Position numbers and translations under genes: made by a program. A stretch of 63,982 nucleotides of DNA, filler included, from Aduncisulcus paluster (lineage: Eukaryota), in assembly GCA_024181965.1 (NCBI GenBank). It is 8 parts of 8 records of this genome, joined end to end, with 100 filler letters (N's around TTAATTAATTAA, not from the genome) between each part and the next. Parts side by side here need not be neighbours in the genome. Positions count along the whole stretch, not along the records: positions 20,534 to 29,456 come from BQXS01011103.1; positions 29,557 to 44,156 come from BQXS01011104.1; 6 more parts are not named here. One strand, written 5' to 3'. The stretch's first letter is position 1. The number at the start of each line of letters is the position of its first letter. The notes under the pieces were generated by a model. That model did no database searches, was not told where the DNA came from, and was given only the letters and a program-made list of their open reading frames with translations. Shown in pieces: positions 22,178-34,265 of this stretch.

Positions 22178-23205
22178 TAATATTTTTGATTTATTTTCAT
22201 ATTACTGTGATTTCCCAATGTCTATCTTCTCTGTCAACTTTAATGAGCTATTCAGCCACAAGATATGTATATTGTGCAAAATTTTTGATTTTTTAAATAA
22301 TATTTTATTAATTTTATCAAGATTTTATCATTCTATTGTTTAAAGTTTAAACTTTAAACATTCTTAACATTTACTCCATAACTTTATTACTTTTTTTTAT
22401 TTCTCCAAACTTATTTGTTTTTATATGCCGTTTTTGTTTTGTTCGTGTCTATTAATTGTCTGTATCTGCCCGATAATCATTTGTTTCGTGCTCACAAGTA
22501 CATCTTCCATTGATGTTATGTTTTGTTATTTGCAAATATTATTGCTCTATAGATCTCATATCACTATTCATATGTAAATTTCTCATCTATTTATTCAAAT
22601 TTATCTCAACATTTCTATATATTTCATATCCATATTTTCATGATTCTGAGGGTGTGGACAGTGATCAAATTTATTGGTTGCTTACAAGGGCATAAATATT
22701 TTGTTTGTTTTTTCAAAAAACTTTTTTGAAAATACTTTTTTTGGCATATTTCGGTTTTGGATGGAACTCATCAATTTCATTATTTGAGAGGGAGTTTTCA
22801 ATGCTTTTCCCTCTCCCTCTTTTCATTTTTCATCACGTAACCCTTTGATAAAGTTTAAGTGTGATGAAGTATCAATGTTACTAACTCATTAGTAAAAAGG
22901 TTTCTTCGTTGTCATAATATGTTCTGGCTGACATTATTCTGTTTCGAATGTTGTGCGCTTCTGGATTCTACTTCACGAAGATATCAATTCATGTCTCTTG
23001 CCAAGAGTTCAGTGAATTTCAAGTTCGTGGACGAGCCGACTCAGCCTGACATTACCTCTGCCAGAGTTAACTGAGTTAACACTGTTAAAATGGGATCCAA
23101 GTTGGATTCCAACAAGAAATTTAGGGCCAAAATTTTTAGAAAAATGTAATTACTAATTACATTTATTGAATAGCTAATAATATTATATTATAAATATAAA
23201 TAGCT

Positions 23206-26200
23206 CTACTTTCCGAACACTTGTCTGTATTCCTCTTCTGAAACCTCTTCACCCCTTGCAATCTTCAATCTTAATCGATGTAATAACATGTCATGTTTGT
23301 GGCGTTCATTGAAATACTGTGAACATTCCTTTTTGGCCCTTCTAATGTCCGATAAAGACAACAAAGGGGGCATTATAGCTGGAGATCTCACTTGGCCTGA
23401 TTCATGAATATCATCAGAAGAAGTTTCATCTTCACTTTTGTCTCCATCTTGTCCAGAACGTCTCGTATAAGTTGGTGAAGGCGTGGAAATGTCGCCAATA
23501 CGTACTTGGACTCGCTTGGGAGTAACACTAGATGCATTAGTGACCGAAGATCTAACAGTCCCGACTGATCCAGAACGTGACGGTGTACGCTCATCCATCA
23601 CAAGTGAGCTTGTAAATCCAGGGGTACGGACGGGCAAGGAAGGAGATGAAGTGGCAATAAACTGACCTTTTCGACGGATGCTTTGAATTCTTTCCTTGTC
23701 TCGTTGAGGAGTGGATGAAACACGATGTTGGAGAGATATTGTTGATGACATAGCTGCACCAATGGGTGTGAGAGCCGTGGAATCAGTTGTACTCAGACTT
23801 GAAGACATTCTATGCCTTTCGGCCTTATCTTTCTTCCTCACACTCTCTTCCTTCCGATCGACAACCTTGTGCATCTCTTGCACACACATACACACACTTT
23901 CACTCTCTCTAGCAACGTCGATGCACTCGAGTACTTGGGAACACATCAGAGATAAAGAAGAGAAGCGCACAGCCAACTGACGGATAGGGACTGAGAAGGG
24001 AGATACTATCAAAGATGGGCCTGAAGGTTCCTTAGACTCGGCCAAAGGAGCAGAAAGTCTGGCTTTAAGCTTACTTTCAACAGTGTCTTCAGCTTGTTGG
24101 ACAGCGAGCTTCATGTCTTGTTCTTGGACTGAAGTCTCGGAGATGCCTGCAGAAGCATTTCTCGTGCGTTCCATCTGTTTGACCTTCTCCTCCACTTCAT
24201 TCTCAACCTCGCCCATTCGTTCTTGGTACAAGACATTCATAAAGTGCTCTAGACGGGATCCTTCAGCCTCAACACGTGACTTAGCCTTCCCAAGAGCGCA
24301 CATCCAGCTGGCTTCATCGACAACAGATGTCAACGTCACAACAACACCCACAATCCTGTCCACTACTTCACGCACTGCCTGGAATACAGGAACAGTCTCT
24401 TCGTGAGCGAGCGATGAAGACAAAGAGAGGTGCAACAACGATGAACAAAGAGAGAAATGAGTTAACGGAGGTGGAGGGAGAGAAGTATTGACTGTGGGTG
24501 GAACAGAGGAAATAACACTTCCTCTTTCTCTCCCTTCTCCATCTCTTTCTGCCAGCATATCCTTGGAAGGGTCTTTCTTGCTCTTCTCAACAGGAATAGC
24601 AACACAAAGAGCGAGATCACTCAGAGTCCGAACCTCAATAACATCCTTGAGAGAAATATGGTTAAGAAGCAGATCAGATAAGACCGAGGCAGGTCTAGCG
24701 ATATCAGATTCATCTCCGGTCATCTCAATTGAACTCATGCGCACACTATGACGACCACCACTTGATCTTCTCTTCTCTTGCTCATCGTTCAGCTCACCAA
24801 TATTCCTCTCTTCAGCATCCAATGTGTTCACAATGGGTGCGACAAGAGTATATGATGACATTGGACGCACGTATGAACCTCCAAGGAAACACGTGGGGTC
24901 ATCGAGAGCAAACAGAAGAGAAGATGTCATTGAAGCCATCTCAAGGTCTAAATTTAGACCATTACCAGAGAGTTTCTCAGAATCACTTTGATGTTCCTCC
25001 AATGAAGGACTTGAAATCACACCCTTTGAGGCATCCACATCTTTCTGAACATAAGCCTTATCATGATCGTGCCAACTCTGGCCTTGCTTGACATATTTCA
25101 CACATTCCCATGGAAGAAAAGAGTCATTTGAGGCAGACACACTTGCATTCTCCCTTTGTCTCCAATCTCCAAGGAGAGAGCAGGCAGCTAATGACGTTAG
25201 AGATCCCAGGTGGAGCAATGAAGACTCTAAGAGAGACCACGATGAGGAAACAGTGTAATTTGATTCCTGATCCATGTCGTGTTGTTCCTGATCCTCTCCT
25301 TCTTTCTTCTCGCCATCCTGATGGTGTCCAATGAAAGTATGAATCTCACGTTCATGATTGCCACCTCGAATGAGACTTAAATTCCCACTGCCTCTCCATA
25401 AAGGCCGTTTCTTCTGAACAAGGGGAAACCCATCTTCACCGATACGGTCTTCCTCTTCCTCCAGGTTCAACACAGAATGGCACAAAGACACAGCTCTGCT
25501 CTCTGAATGCAAAAAGGAAGAGAGAGGAGCAACGATCGATGCTGCGATGGATCCTTTCATAGAGGAATGACCAGACTCCGAAGTACGTGGGGCAGCCCAT
25601 AGATCACCTCCGGCAACGACAGAGACAACACCGGATGCAAGAGAGGGTCCGACAGAGCCAGTGAGGGCATCAATGCCACGTCCAATGCGGGATAAGGCCA
25701 GAGGAGGCAAGGTGAGAAGCAAAGGAAGGGGAACAAAAGTGGTGAGATCAGGAGATCCATCCAGAATCCATCTAAAAGCTCTCAGCAAAGGATGGAAGAA
25801 TAGAGCAAAGAAGTTATGCTGTTCAACACCAGCTTCTAAATGTCTCCTCGTGGCGATTAATGAAGACAATTCTAGGATAAGAGATGACATATTGGAGGAT
25901 AATGGAGGGATCAGGATAGAAGAGGGGAAGAGAGCAGCCATGGATGGAGATGGGAATAACGAAGTTGATCGGACATCACTACTACTACTACTGCTACTAG
26001 TTTTACCGATTGGACTGACAGAACTCCCACTGCTCTCCCTGAGTTGTTTCTTGCTTTCCATCTTTTCACCCAGTGTAACCTCCCTGATCTTCTGCAGAAT
26101 GTCCCTGATTTCGTGGTCAGATTCCCATAATCGTTGGCGATACTGTTGTGTTATCTGGAATAATTGGGAGGACCGAGTAGGGAACAAGAGAGCAAAAGCT

Positions 26201-29200
26201 CTCATGGACATTGAATACATTGGAGAGAAACAGAAAGAAGGGGAAGAAACGGAAGGAATAGAGAATAGAGAACATGAATGACCAGGAATTCTGTCGATAC
26301 GACCTTTCTTTTCGTGCTCTTCTTCTTCCCAACCGTCAATACAGGCCCCAACATACACGATATTGATGCCGCCACGTTCCTCAATTGAAATTGGGGCAGA
26401 ACACATTGAGGAGAGACTCACATGTCCAGCTAGAGATGTCGGGAGAAGCGATAAGAGTGAAGAGAAAGAAGAGAGGAGAAGGGAAGAGAAAGGAGGAGGG
26501 ATTGGACTGGGAACAGTGGGGAGAAGAGAGATAGAGGAAGAATCGTCATACATGGCAACATTAGCCGATTTAGAAACAATATGATGAAGCTCAGAGGAGT
26601 TAACACGCTTTGACCGATCCTCAAAGGGGTTGATACCTTGAGCTCTGCATATCCTGATACAATTCAACCATTCTTTCTCTTTCTCACTCATTCCTCTCTT
26701 CATAACAAGCTTCATGGGCAGTATAGGCATCGAGGCGGAGTGAAGTAGCTCACCTTGTTCCGAATAAGATGAAATACCTTGACTGAGACACTCGTAAGAT
26801 CCTCCAACAGAGCTATTTCTCCTTCTAACAAGCATGAGAGCAACATATGTTCCATCAGAAATGGGCAAGAAGGGTCTATGAACAATAGGCAGGAGAGAAG
26901 AGAGATTGTCCAACGAAATGTCATTGTCATCCTTCTTTGATTTCTTCTTCTTCTCGACAGACATCGATTTATCATCTAATTGTCTCCTCAAAATGATCTC
27001 ATGGGTAACATACCAGTTTCTAATTATAGATATGTCACTCAGAGGATATAAACCGGCACTTGACACATGAAATTCCTCACCGGGAGTCTCACTGTGTCCA
27101 GGGCTCTGTGTGAGGGATGTACCAATGGTAGATGACAATCCGTTCCCACTGTGGCTGATAGGAGATGAAGGTCCTTGAGACGATGCGGATGACTGACCTT
27201 GTACAGTGTCAGAGATGGAGGGAATTGGTTTCTTAATAAACAGAGACTTGGGAATCATCTGCTTGTCTTCCCTTGTCATTCTCTTCACAAGAATGATGTG
27301 GAGATGACCTTCTTCCCTATCCCTGATCTGTCCATACACAGATGCTCTCACGGATGAGGATATACCACAGCCCACAAGGGAGGAAAGAGAAGAAAGACCA
27401 GTCGAGAGGGCAGATAGAAGGTGGGGGACATGATCTGAAGTGTGGAAGGAAGTGGAAGACGCCGCTGCACGTGATGAGGGATCTTGGTCATAGCCAGAGC
27501 ATTTAGAGCACACACTACGACGATTGATCTCCTCCTGGAGCATGGTCAGCGTCTTGCTATCTATCTCTTCACCACAGTGCAAGAGAGGACATATGGACAC
27601 GGATGGGAGATGGGAAATGGTCGGGAAGAGAGCCTTTGAGTGTTTGTTATCAGCAGTGCCAGAGAGCGAAGAGAGGAGTTTGCTTTCTCGCATTTTCTTC
27701 TTGTTGATTATCACAGAGTTGTCTTCTGCATCGAACATGCACAAAGATAGGAACAACGAGGGAACTGAGGGGTAACTGGAAGATCCACGGGACAAAGGGG
27801 GAGAGTAGTATCCAAGTCCATTCAAATAAACGACAGTGCCACCGTCATCCTTGGCTTTGCGTTCACCATCTTCAGTTTGAAAGACAGAGGAAGCCATCTT
27901 GGAGAAAGTAGAAGAGAGGGCCAAGTTGTCAGAGCACTTTGAGAGGGATATAGAGTCCTTAAACTGACCATATGTCATCAAGGAACGCTTCCCACTGTGT
28001 TTATCAATGTTCGAACAGATGTGACAGTCACATGCATACGCAATGGAGGGCTTCTTGCTCAAGTCCTTTCCTCCTTCGGTGGTTGGTGTTTCTTTACGTT
28101 GTGAGATATTCGACCCACATCCATCAAAACGACTCCCATCGAGTCTTTCATACCCACCGACTGCACGAACAGTCTCAAACATTCCACGCAGATCACATAC
28201 ACGCTCAGAGAGGGAAAGCATCAACGAAGACACACCAGGTGGAAGAGATGGAAGAACTAAGGACGCAATGGCCTTTGAACCCGCGTCCTTCGATTGAGAA
28301 GAGGATGAACCCATTGATCCGTACAACTGACGCAGGGAGTGAGCGAGTGAGTATTCATCACCCCACATCTCCACTCTTCTCAAGAGCATACCAAAGACAT
28401 CATTGTCTCCTTCATCTGGCTCCGAGGCTTGTTCATCACCAGCAGCATAGTCGGCTACAGATACACGAAGACGCCTACGACCATCAGCCTCACCCGACTT
28501 GGAATCATGCGGTTTTGAAAGAGTGAATGCATGTTGGTCGGAATCTCCAAACACATTTTTCCTCTTTCTAAGTTCCATCCGTCTTGCCCTCTCACGTTTC
28601 TTCTCAGGACTGTCACGTTCAATGATATTCCTCAGAGCACTCACAACTTCTAATGTGTGCAAGAGAGCTCTGATTGCCTCCGGGAGTGAAGATTTGATCC
28701 TTCCAGTCCCACTATTCTGAGAGAGATGTGATTTGATGTCGTCAGCACTCAGAGCATGAGGGAACAAACACAAACACTCACATACACTCACATGAAGAGA
28801 CATCACTGTGATAGATTTAACAAACTTTCCAATGAGTTTGTCTCTGAGAGAGCTCACAGCAGAGGATTTGCCAGCATCAGAGGTTGCACCCGCCTTGTTA
28901 TCAGCACTCAAAAGGTTGAGAACAGCACTAAGTATATTCCTTGCACTCATTTTAATGCCATCTTCCACTCTAGCGATGAATTGAGAGAGGAAATGAGGGT
29001 TAGAGAGAACTGGGGAGAGTGTTAACAAGTTTGAAGTGAGTGACGCAAGTTTAATTTCATGCAGAGTAAGTTCAGGACAATTGGCAGCGATCTGAGAAAT
29101 AGAACTGATATGAGAAGTTAGAGAGGATTTAAGAGCAGCGAATGAACTCATATAGTCAGTGAGAGACTGAGAGAACGCAGAAGTATCCGATTCACAAGTA

Positions 29201-29456
29201 TTTAAATTAGAAATCGTCTCTGGGTCAAGTATTTTATCATTCTTGCCATCACTAATAGCTTTGTTCAGTGTTATTTTCACCCGTTCACAGTGCCACACAT
29301 GTTTACACATCCACATGGACATCATCCAAGCCTCAATGATCTCATCCTTTCCCCTTGGTACAACCACGGGACTGACGGTTTTGGCCGAAGAACCGGTGGA
29401 AAACGAGGACTCGTGGAAACCAGAGCATACGCAGCTATCAAGACACTTGTTCCTTT
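23206..29456 (-). CDS. Large hypothetical protein (>2050 aa), 5' truncated
   Basis: Uninterrupted ORF of more than 6 kb reaching the linker; Ser-rich, C-terminal coiled-coil-like segments; no family recognised. Confidence 0.8.
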
Positions 29457-29556
29457 NNNNNNNNNNNNNNNNNNNNNNNNNNNNNNNNNNNNNNNNNNNN
29501 TTAATTAATTAANNNNNNNNNNNNNNNNNNNNNNNNNNNNNNNNNNNNNNNNNNNN

Positions 29557-32500
29557 CCTTGCACTTCAGCATCTCCTCGAGACCCAGGCGTGTGTGTGTG
29601 TATCGCATGAAGGATATGTTCTTGAGCATAGTGAACGAATATTACCGATCATTGAGAAAGATGTAGACAATATCTTTGGCCGAAGTGTTAAGTATGTCAT
29701 GCTGGATGAAAACAAAGAGGAGACAGGACTTGTTGATGTTGCAGGATTCTATATAACCAACTTTGGACGAGCTGTTCTTGCTTTCCCAGGTAATCTTTCT
29801 GGTGCTCACCTCTCCTACATGTGTGCTTGCTTGGGAAGTCCCACACTTGGATGTGTCATTGGTGCTTGTGATGACACTACTTGGCTTGTCAACACTCATG
29901 ATTACTACGAAATACCTGAAAAGGGATTCTCCCTTGCCAATTCTCTGTTTAAGTCATATTCAAGTGAAAAGTTTGAAGCCTTAACCTCATACAATGCTGC
30001 CAGATATGTAGAATCCTCCATCCATGCATCGTACGGTCGTTCTATCCTGAGCAAAGGGATGCTCTCTGACATTTTTGTAGGGCTCAGTGTTGTGCAATTA
30101 GCTCAGACAAACAGGTTGACATATGCCACATGTGATGCACTGTCCCTGTCCTTTATAAATTGCACGACCTTTGTCGAACGTGTATGTCGTGTTGCCAATT
30201 CCATGTGTCAAATGCTCCCTTCCATGACTGTTGCCCTCTATCCTTTGCTTGCTCTTAACAGACGTCTTCGTGCTAGAGCTGAGGGTGTGAACTCCCATCG
30301 TTATCAGAGAGGGAGAGGAAGAGGAAGATCGTCATCAAGATACCATTCCCGTGTCTACCACCCACAGTCAAGAGGGAGGAAGAGACATGCTGATCTTGAG
30401 CCTCAGAGCATTCAAAATGAGATTGCAGCTACCCCAAAGAACGTATACTTGGGCCATGGTGTAAATATCTCTCTCATTTCAAACCATACTCCCCCGTCTG
30501 TACCGCCTAGGGTGAAGAAAGAGGAGGAGGATATTGATGAACAAAAGGATGACATTGGATGGGGTGACGTTGAGGTTAAGGAAGAAGAACACGTCAAGAA
30601 GGAAAAAGAGGAGAAAGATGAAGAAGAAAAGGAAGTAGAAGAAGAAAAGGGAAGAAGAAGAAGACGAGGAAGAAGAAGAGCAATCCATCTCGGATGAAAG
30701 GGAAGTAGAAGTCCCTGATAGCGTCTCATCTTCCTCCCAGATCATTCTCCCTCTCCCTTCTCCTGAAGAGTTGCTAGCCATTCTATGGGTAACCATGGGA
30801 TATTCAAGGACATTATTCACTGTTAGATTCAGTAATAGTACAGTCAACACATCGTGTTCTCCCACATCCTCAATCAACGAATATATCTCTGAATACTGGA
30901 AATCCACCTTCTCATTTGCACCCGAATATGTTCCCCTTGCCATTCCATTCACAATGCCTCACCGAATGGCCTCATTTCCAAAAATAGGGAGGCAGAATCA
31001 CCGTCCAATTGTTAATCTTTTCTCCCGAATTAATCAGTGTCTTGCTCTCGGTGTGGATCCAAAAGAGGGTTCAATTAACATAAAAATAGAACCTGCTTGC
31101 CAAGTTTCCATGAATAAGCGTCTTGTTTATTTCTCTAAGAATAACAGCCAAATCCTCACGGATAAACAGAAAGCATACGACCGAGCTCATCCTCCTCCAA
31201 GTTCCTGGGATCCGACCCCAGTTCCCACCCCTCTCGATGAGTTTGGGTACATCTGGTATACTTCTCCCGACTTAAGTGCTGTCCTCACTACCCGAGTCAA
31301 GCGTCCAGAGAAGATATTTTCTTCTATGTTCCCAGGAATGTGTATGATGCCTCCTGGTATCAGTGGGTTTGTCAATGCTCTCCATTCCATTCAAGGGCGT
31401 GCCGGAGATATGGATGGTCTTAAGCTTGGTTCTTCAGAGGATATTGGTATCCCACCCAAGGTAAGGAAGATGTACCAAGATCTTCTCGATAGTTCATCCA
31501 CAGACATTGATGGGGATGAACTGAAGCGGAAACAGAAGATCATCACAGCTCAGTATCTTCTTTCAAAACCTGTGTTATCAATGAGGACAGATAGCTATAA
31601 ATTACATGCTATCCGAGAGGCTAAAGGTGATTCTGTTACCATTTCAAACAGTGTTTTACAGCATTCATTTAATACCAATTCTATCCGGAAAGAAGAGTGG
31701 AACTCTGTTATGAATGGCGATGAATTCCACGTTGCCATCTGTGCTTCTCTATGCTGTGATGATTATTTCCCCCAATGGTTCACCATGTTACCCACTCATG
31801 CCCCAACGCTTGCGTCTATCCTCACAATGTCAAGAGGAACCAACATGATGGATGGACTGTGGGTATGTGAACTCCCCGAAGAGCTCAAGCAAAAGTGTTT
31901 AGAGGTCAGAGCTGACACCATGACCGTGTTTTCAACAATGTTTGACCCTGATGTTGAGTTTAATTCAAAAAATGTCGTTGAGATGAGACATCGTATTGCT
32001 CATATCATTGAAGAGGCATCTGCAGAGACCATTGAGATGACAGAGGAGGAAATATTGGAGAGAAGAAAGACAGAGCGGACACAATTTATTGAATCCGCAT
32101 CCAGAAAGACACGGTTTGGAAATATTGATGAACTTGATCGCATCCATGAAGCTAAAATGGAAAAACTCAGAGAAGAAGAAAAGAAAAAAGAAGAGTGGAA
32201 ATCCGATAATTATTATGTCACTTCCGAGGAAACTAGGCAATCACATGATCTTGAGCAGAAAGAAGCACATCTGAAGCATATCACATCTGTCCAATTGGAC
32301 AAAGCAATAGCAACAGCTCGACGACTGGTAAATGCGGGTAAGTCCTGTCCAGGTCCTCCCAGATTGCCAGCGGGTGTCACAAACGAACAGTTGCATCGTT
32401 GGGGTCTATATGAAAAGTATGAGTTCCTCCAATATCCTAAAAAAGTCCCGGCAATGCTCTTGAGTGGAAAGATATTGCCTTGGGAAAAGGAAATTAAGGT

Positions 32501-33914
32501 GAAGCAGATGACAAGCTGGGATGAAGGTGCCCCTGTCACCGTTCACACGTATAGCGCAAAAGATGATTGGAAACCTTTGAGGAATGATAAACCCGAACCA
32601 TCCAAAGCTCAGCCTACGACACGTCCACAACCCCCAAGACAGGAGAAGTCATCTTTTGTTCCTCCCCCACCTGTCTATTCCCCTCCAAGACCTGAACGTC
32701 CATCCTCAGCCTCCAAGTTCTCTGACACTGCCCCCGGTTCTTACCAATCGACCGTCCCTCGTGATGCACTGCCCTGGACCCCTTCTACCACGCCTCGTTC
32801 CTCTGCCCAAGGATGGTCACCCGTAACGACTTCAGTGTCTCCACCAACACTGGGTTCAAGGACGCCATCATCGGTCATGAGTGCTGATCAATTCGCCGCT
32901 CAGGCATTCACAAAGAAGAGCTCAAGAAAGAATAAGGTGAGTAAGTATGCATTGGATCGTGTCAGAGTCGATGATATCTTCAGTTCTGGGCCGGGCTCTT
33001 CAAGGCCGAGTGCAATTGCTTCTCCTTCTTCCACCCCGTCCTCCGTCATGAGTGCTGATCAATTTGCTGCACAGGCGTTCACAAAGAAATCATCATTGGC
33101 AAAGAAGGTTAATAAGGGAAGACTTATGTCCACAAATATGAGCGATATCTTTGGAGGAAAATCGACAAATGCTCCAGCTCATCGCTCGGTTTCGGCCGGT
33201 ATTCACCGCCCAATACCGTCACGTCCTACTCCAAGTTTCATGGGTAGGTCACGAGCTTCCCCACCCCGACCAAGCAAAAGTATCAAAGGTCGTGGAAGAG
33301 GAGGTGGAAGAGGACGCGGAAGAGGTCGTGGAAGAGGAGTTTCAATCAGTGATGTGTTTTCTGGTTCATTTAAACCCAATCCACCTCCTTTGGTTAGAAG
33401 AGATCCTTATGATCGTAGACCTGCACCTCCAAGTAGGCCTCCAGCATCCTCTGGCTCTTCTTCTGTGAGTTCTAGCTCGAGATGGGCAGAACCTGTATCT
33501 CCAGCTACCTCTTCAGTTCGTTATGTCTCGCCGGCACCCAAGGTTGTCCCATTCCAGAGTTTGCGGGAAGAAGAGGCCAGACGGTCATATAAACCTCCTG
33601 CATCGGTGACTTCATCTGCATCATCCTCAACAACATCTTCAGTTATGAGTGCTGATGCGTTTGCTGCCCAGGCATTCGATAAAAAGAGTTCCAAAAAGAA
33701 ACAGGTGTCAAAAATAGCACTCGCTACAACGTTTACTGACGATATATTCGGAGGCAGTCCATCGAAAAAACCAACTCCGTCAAGAATCCGGCATTCACCC
33801 CATCCGTCGAGTGGTCCAACACCTGTTCCAGGATCGTTGAATCTCGATGATTTTAGAAGGAAAAGAGGTCGGGGAAGAGGAAGAGGAGGAAGAGGAAGGA
33901 GAAATTACTTGTAA
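29557..33914 (+). CDS. Hypothetical protein with RG/RGG boxes and a triplicated C-terminal motif; ORFs 29594..30697 and 30771..33914 are probably one gene split by a 1-nt insertion near 30650; 5' truncated
   Basis: Deleting one G in GAAAAGGGAAG turns the poly-Arg tail into EEKEEEEDEEEEQSISDEREVEVP, in frame with the downstream ORF. Confidence 0.72.
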
Positions 33915-34265
33915 TAATCCATTGAATTGCTTTTTTTGAACTCTTTAACCTCAATATTTTCCAACAATCTCAATTCGTCCTATTCTCTAAATCAATTCTA
34001 GTTTTTTTGGATTTTTTAACATTTCGAATTTATTAAAACATTTTTGTTCAATGAAAAATGAATTTTATTGGTTGAACTCGGCATAAACCTTAAATCGAAA
34101 TCGTCGATCAATATCTCGATAATATCGGTTTTTATCCAATAAATAAACGATAATATTAATGCTATAGCCTTATTTTACTTGATGCATTCTGATAATTCAT
34201 CATTATAATAAGTTTTTCTGGTTTAACATTCGCCATCACTCCAAGTTAAGTTTTCTTGATCATAA

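Noticed and set aside
29740-29900. Possible PIN/XPG-like (MKT1-type) N-terminal domain
   Set aside because: Only vague spacing similarity and no clear catalytic acidic motifs; cannot be supported without a profile search.
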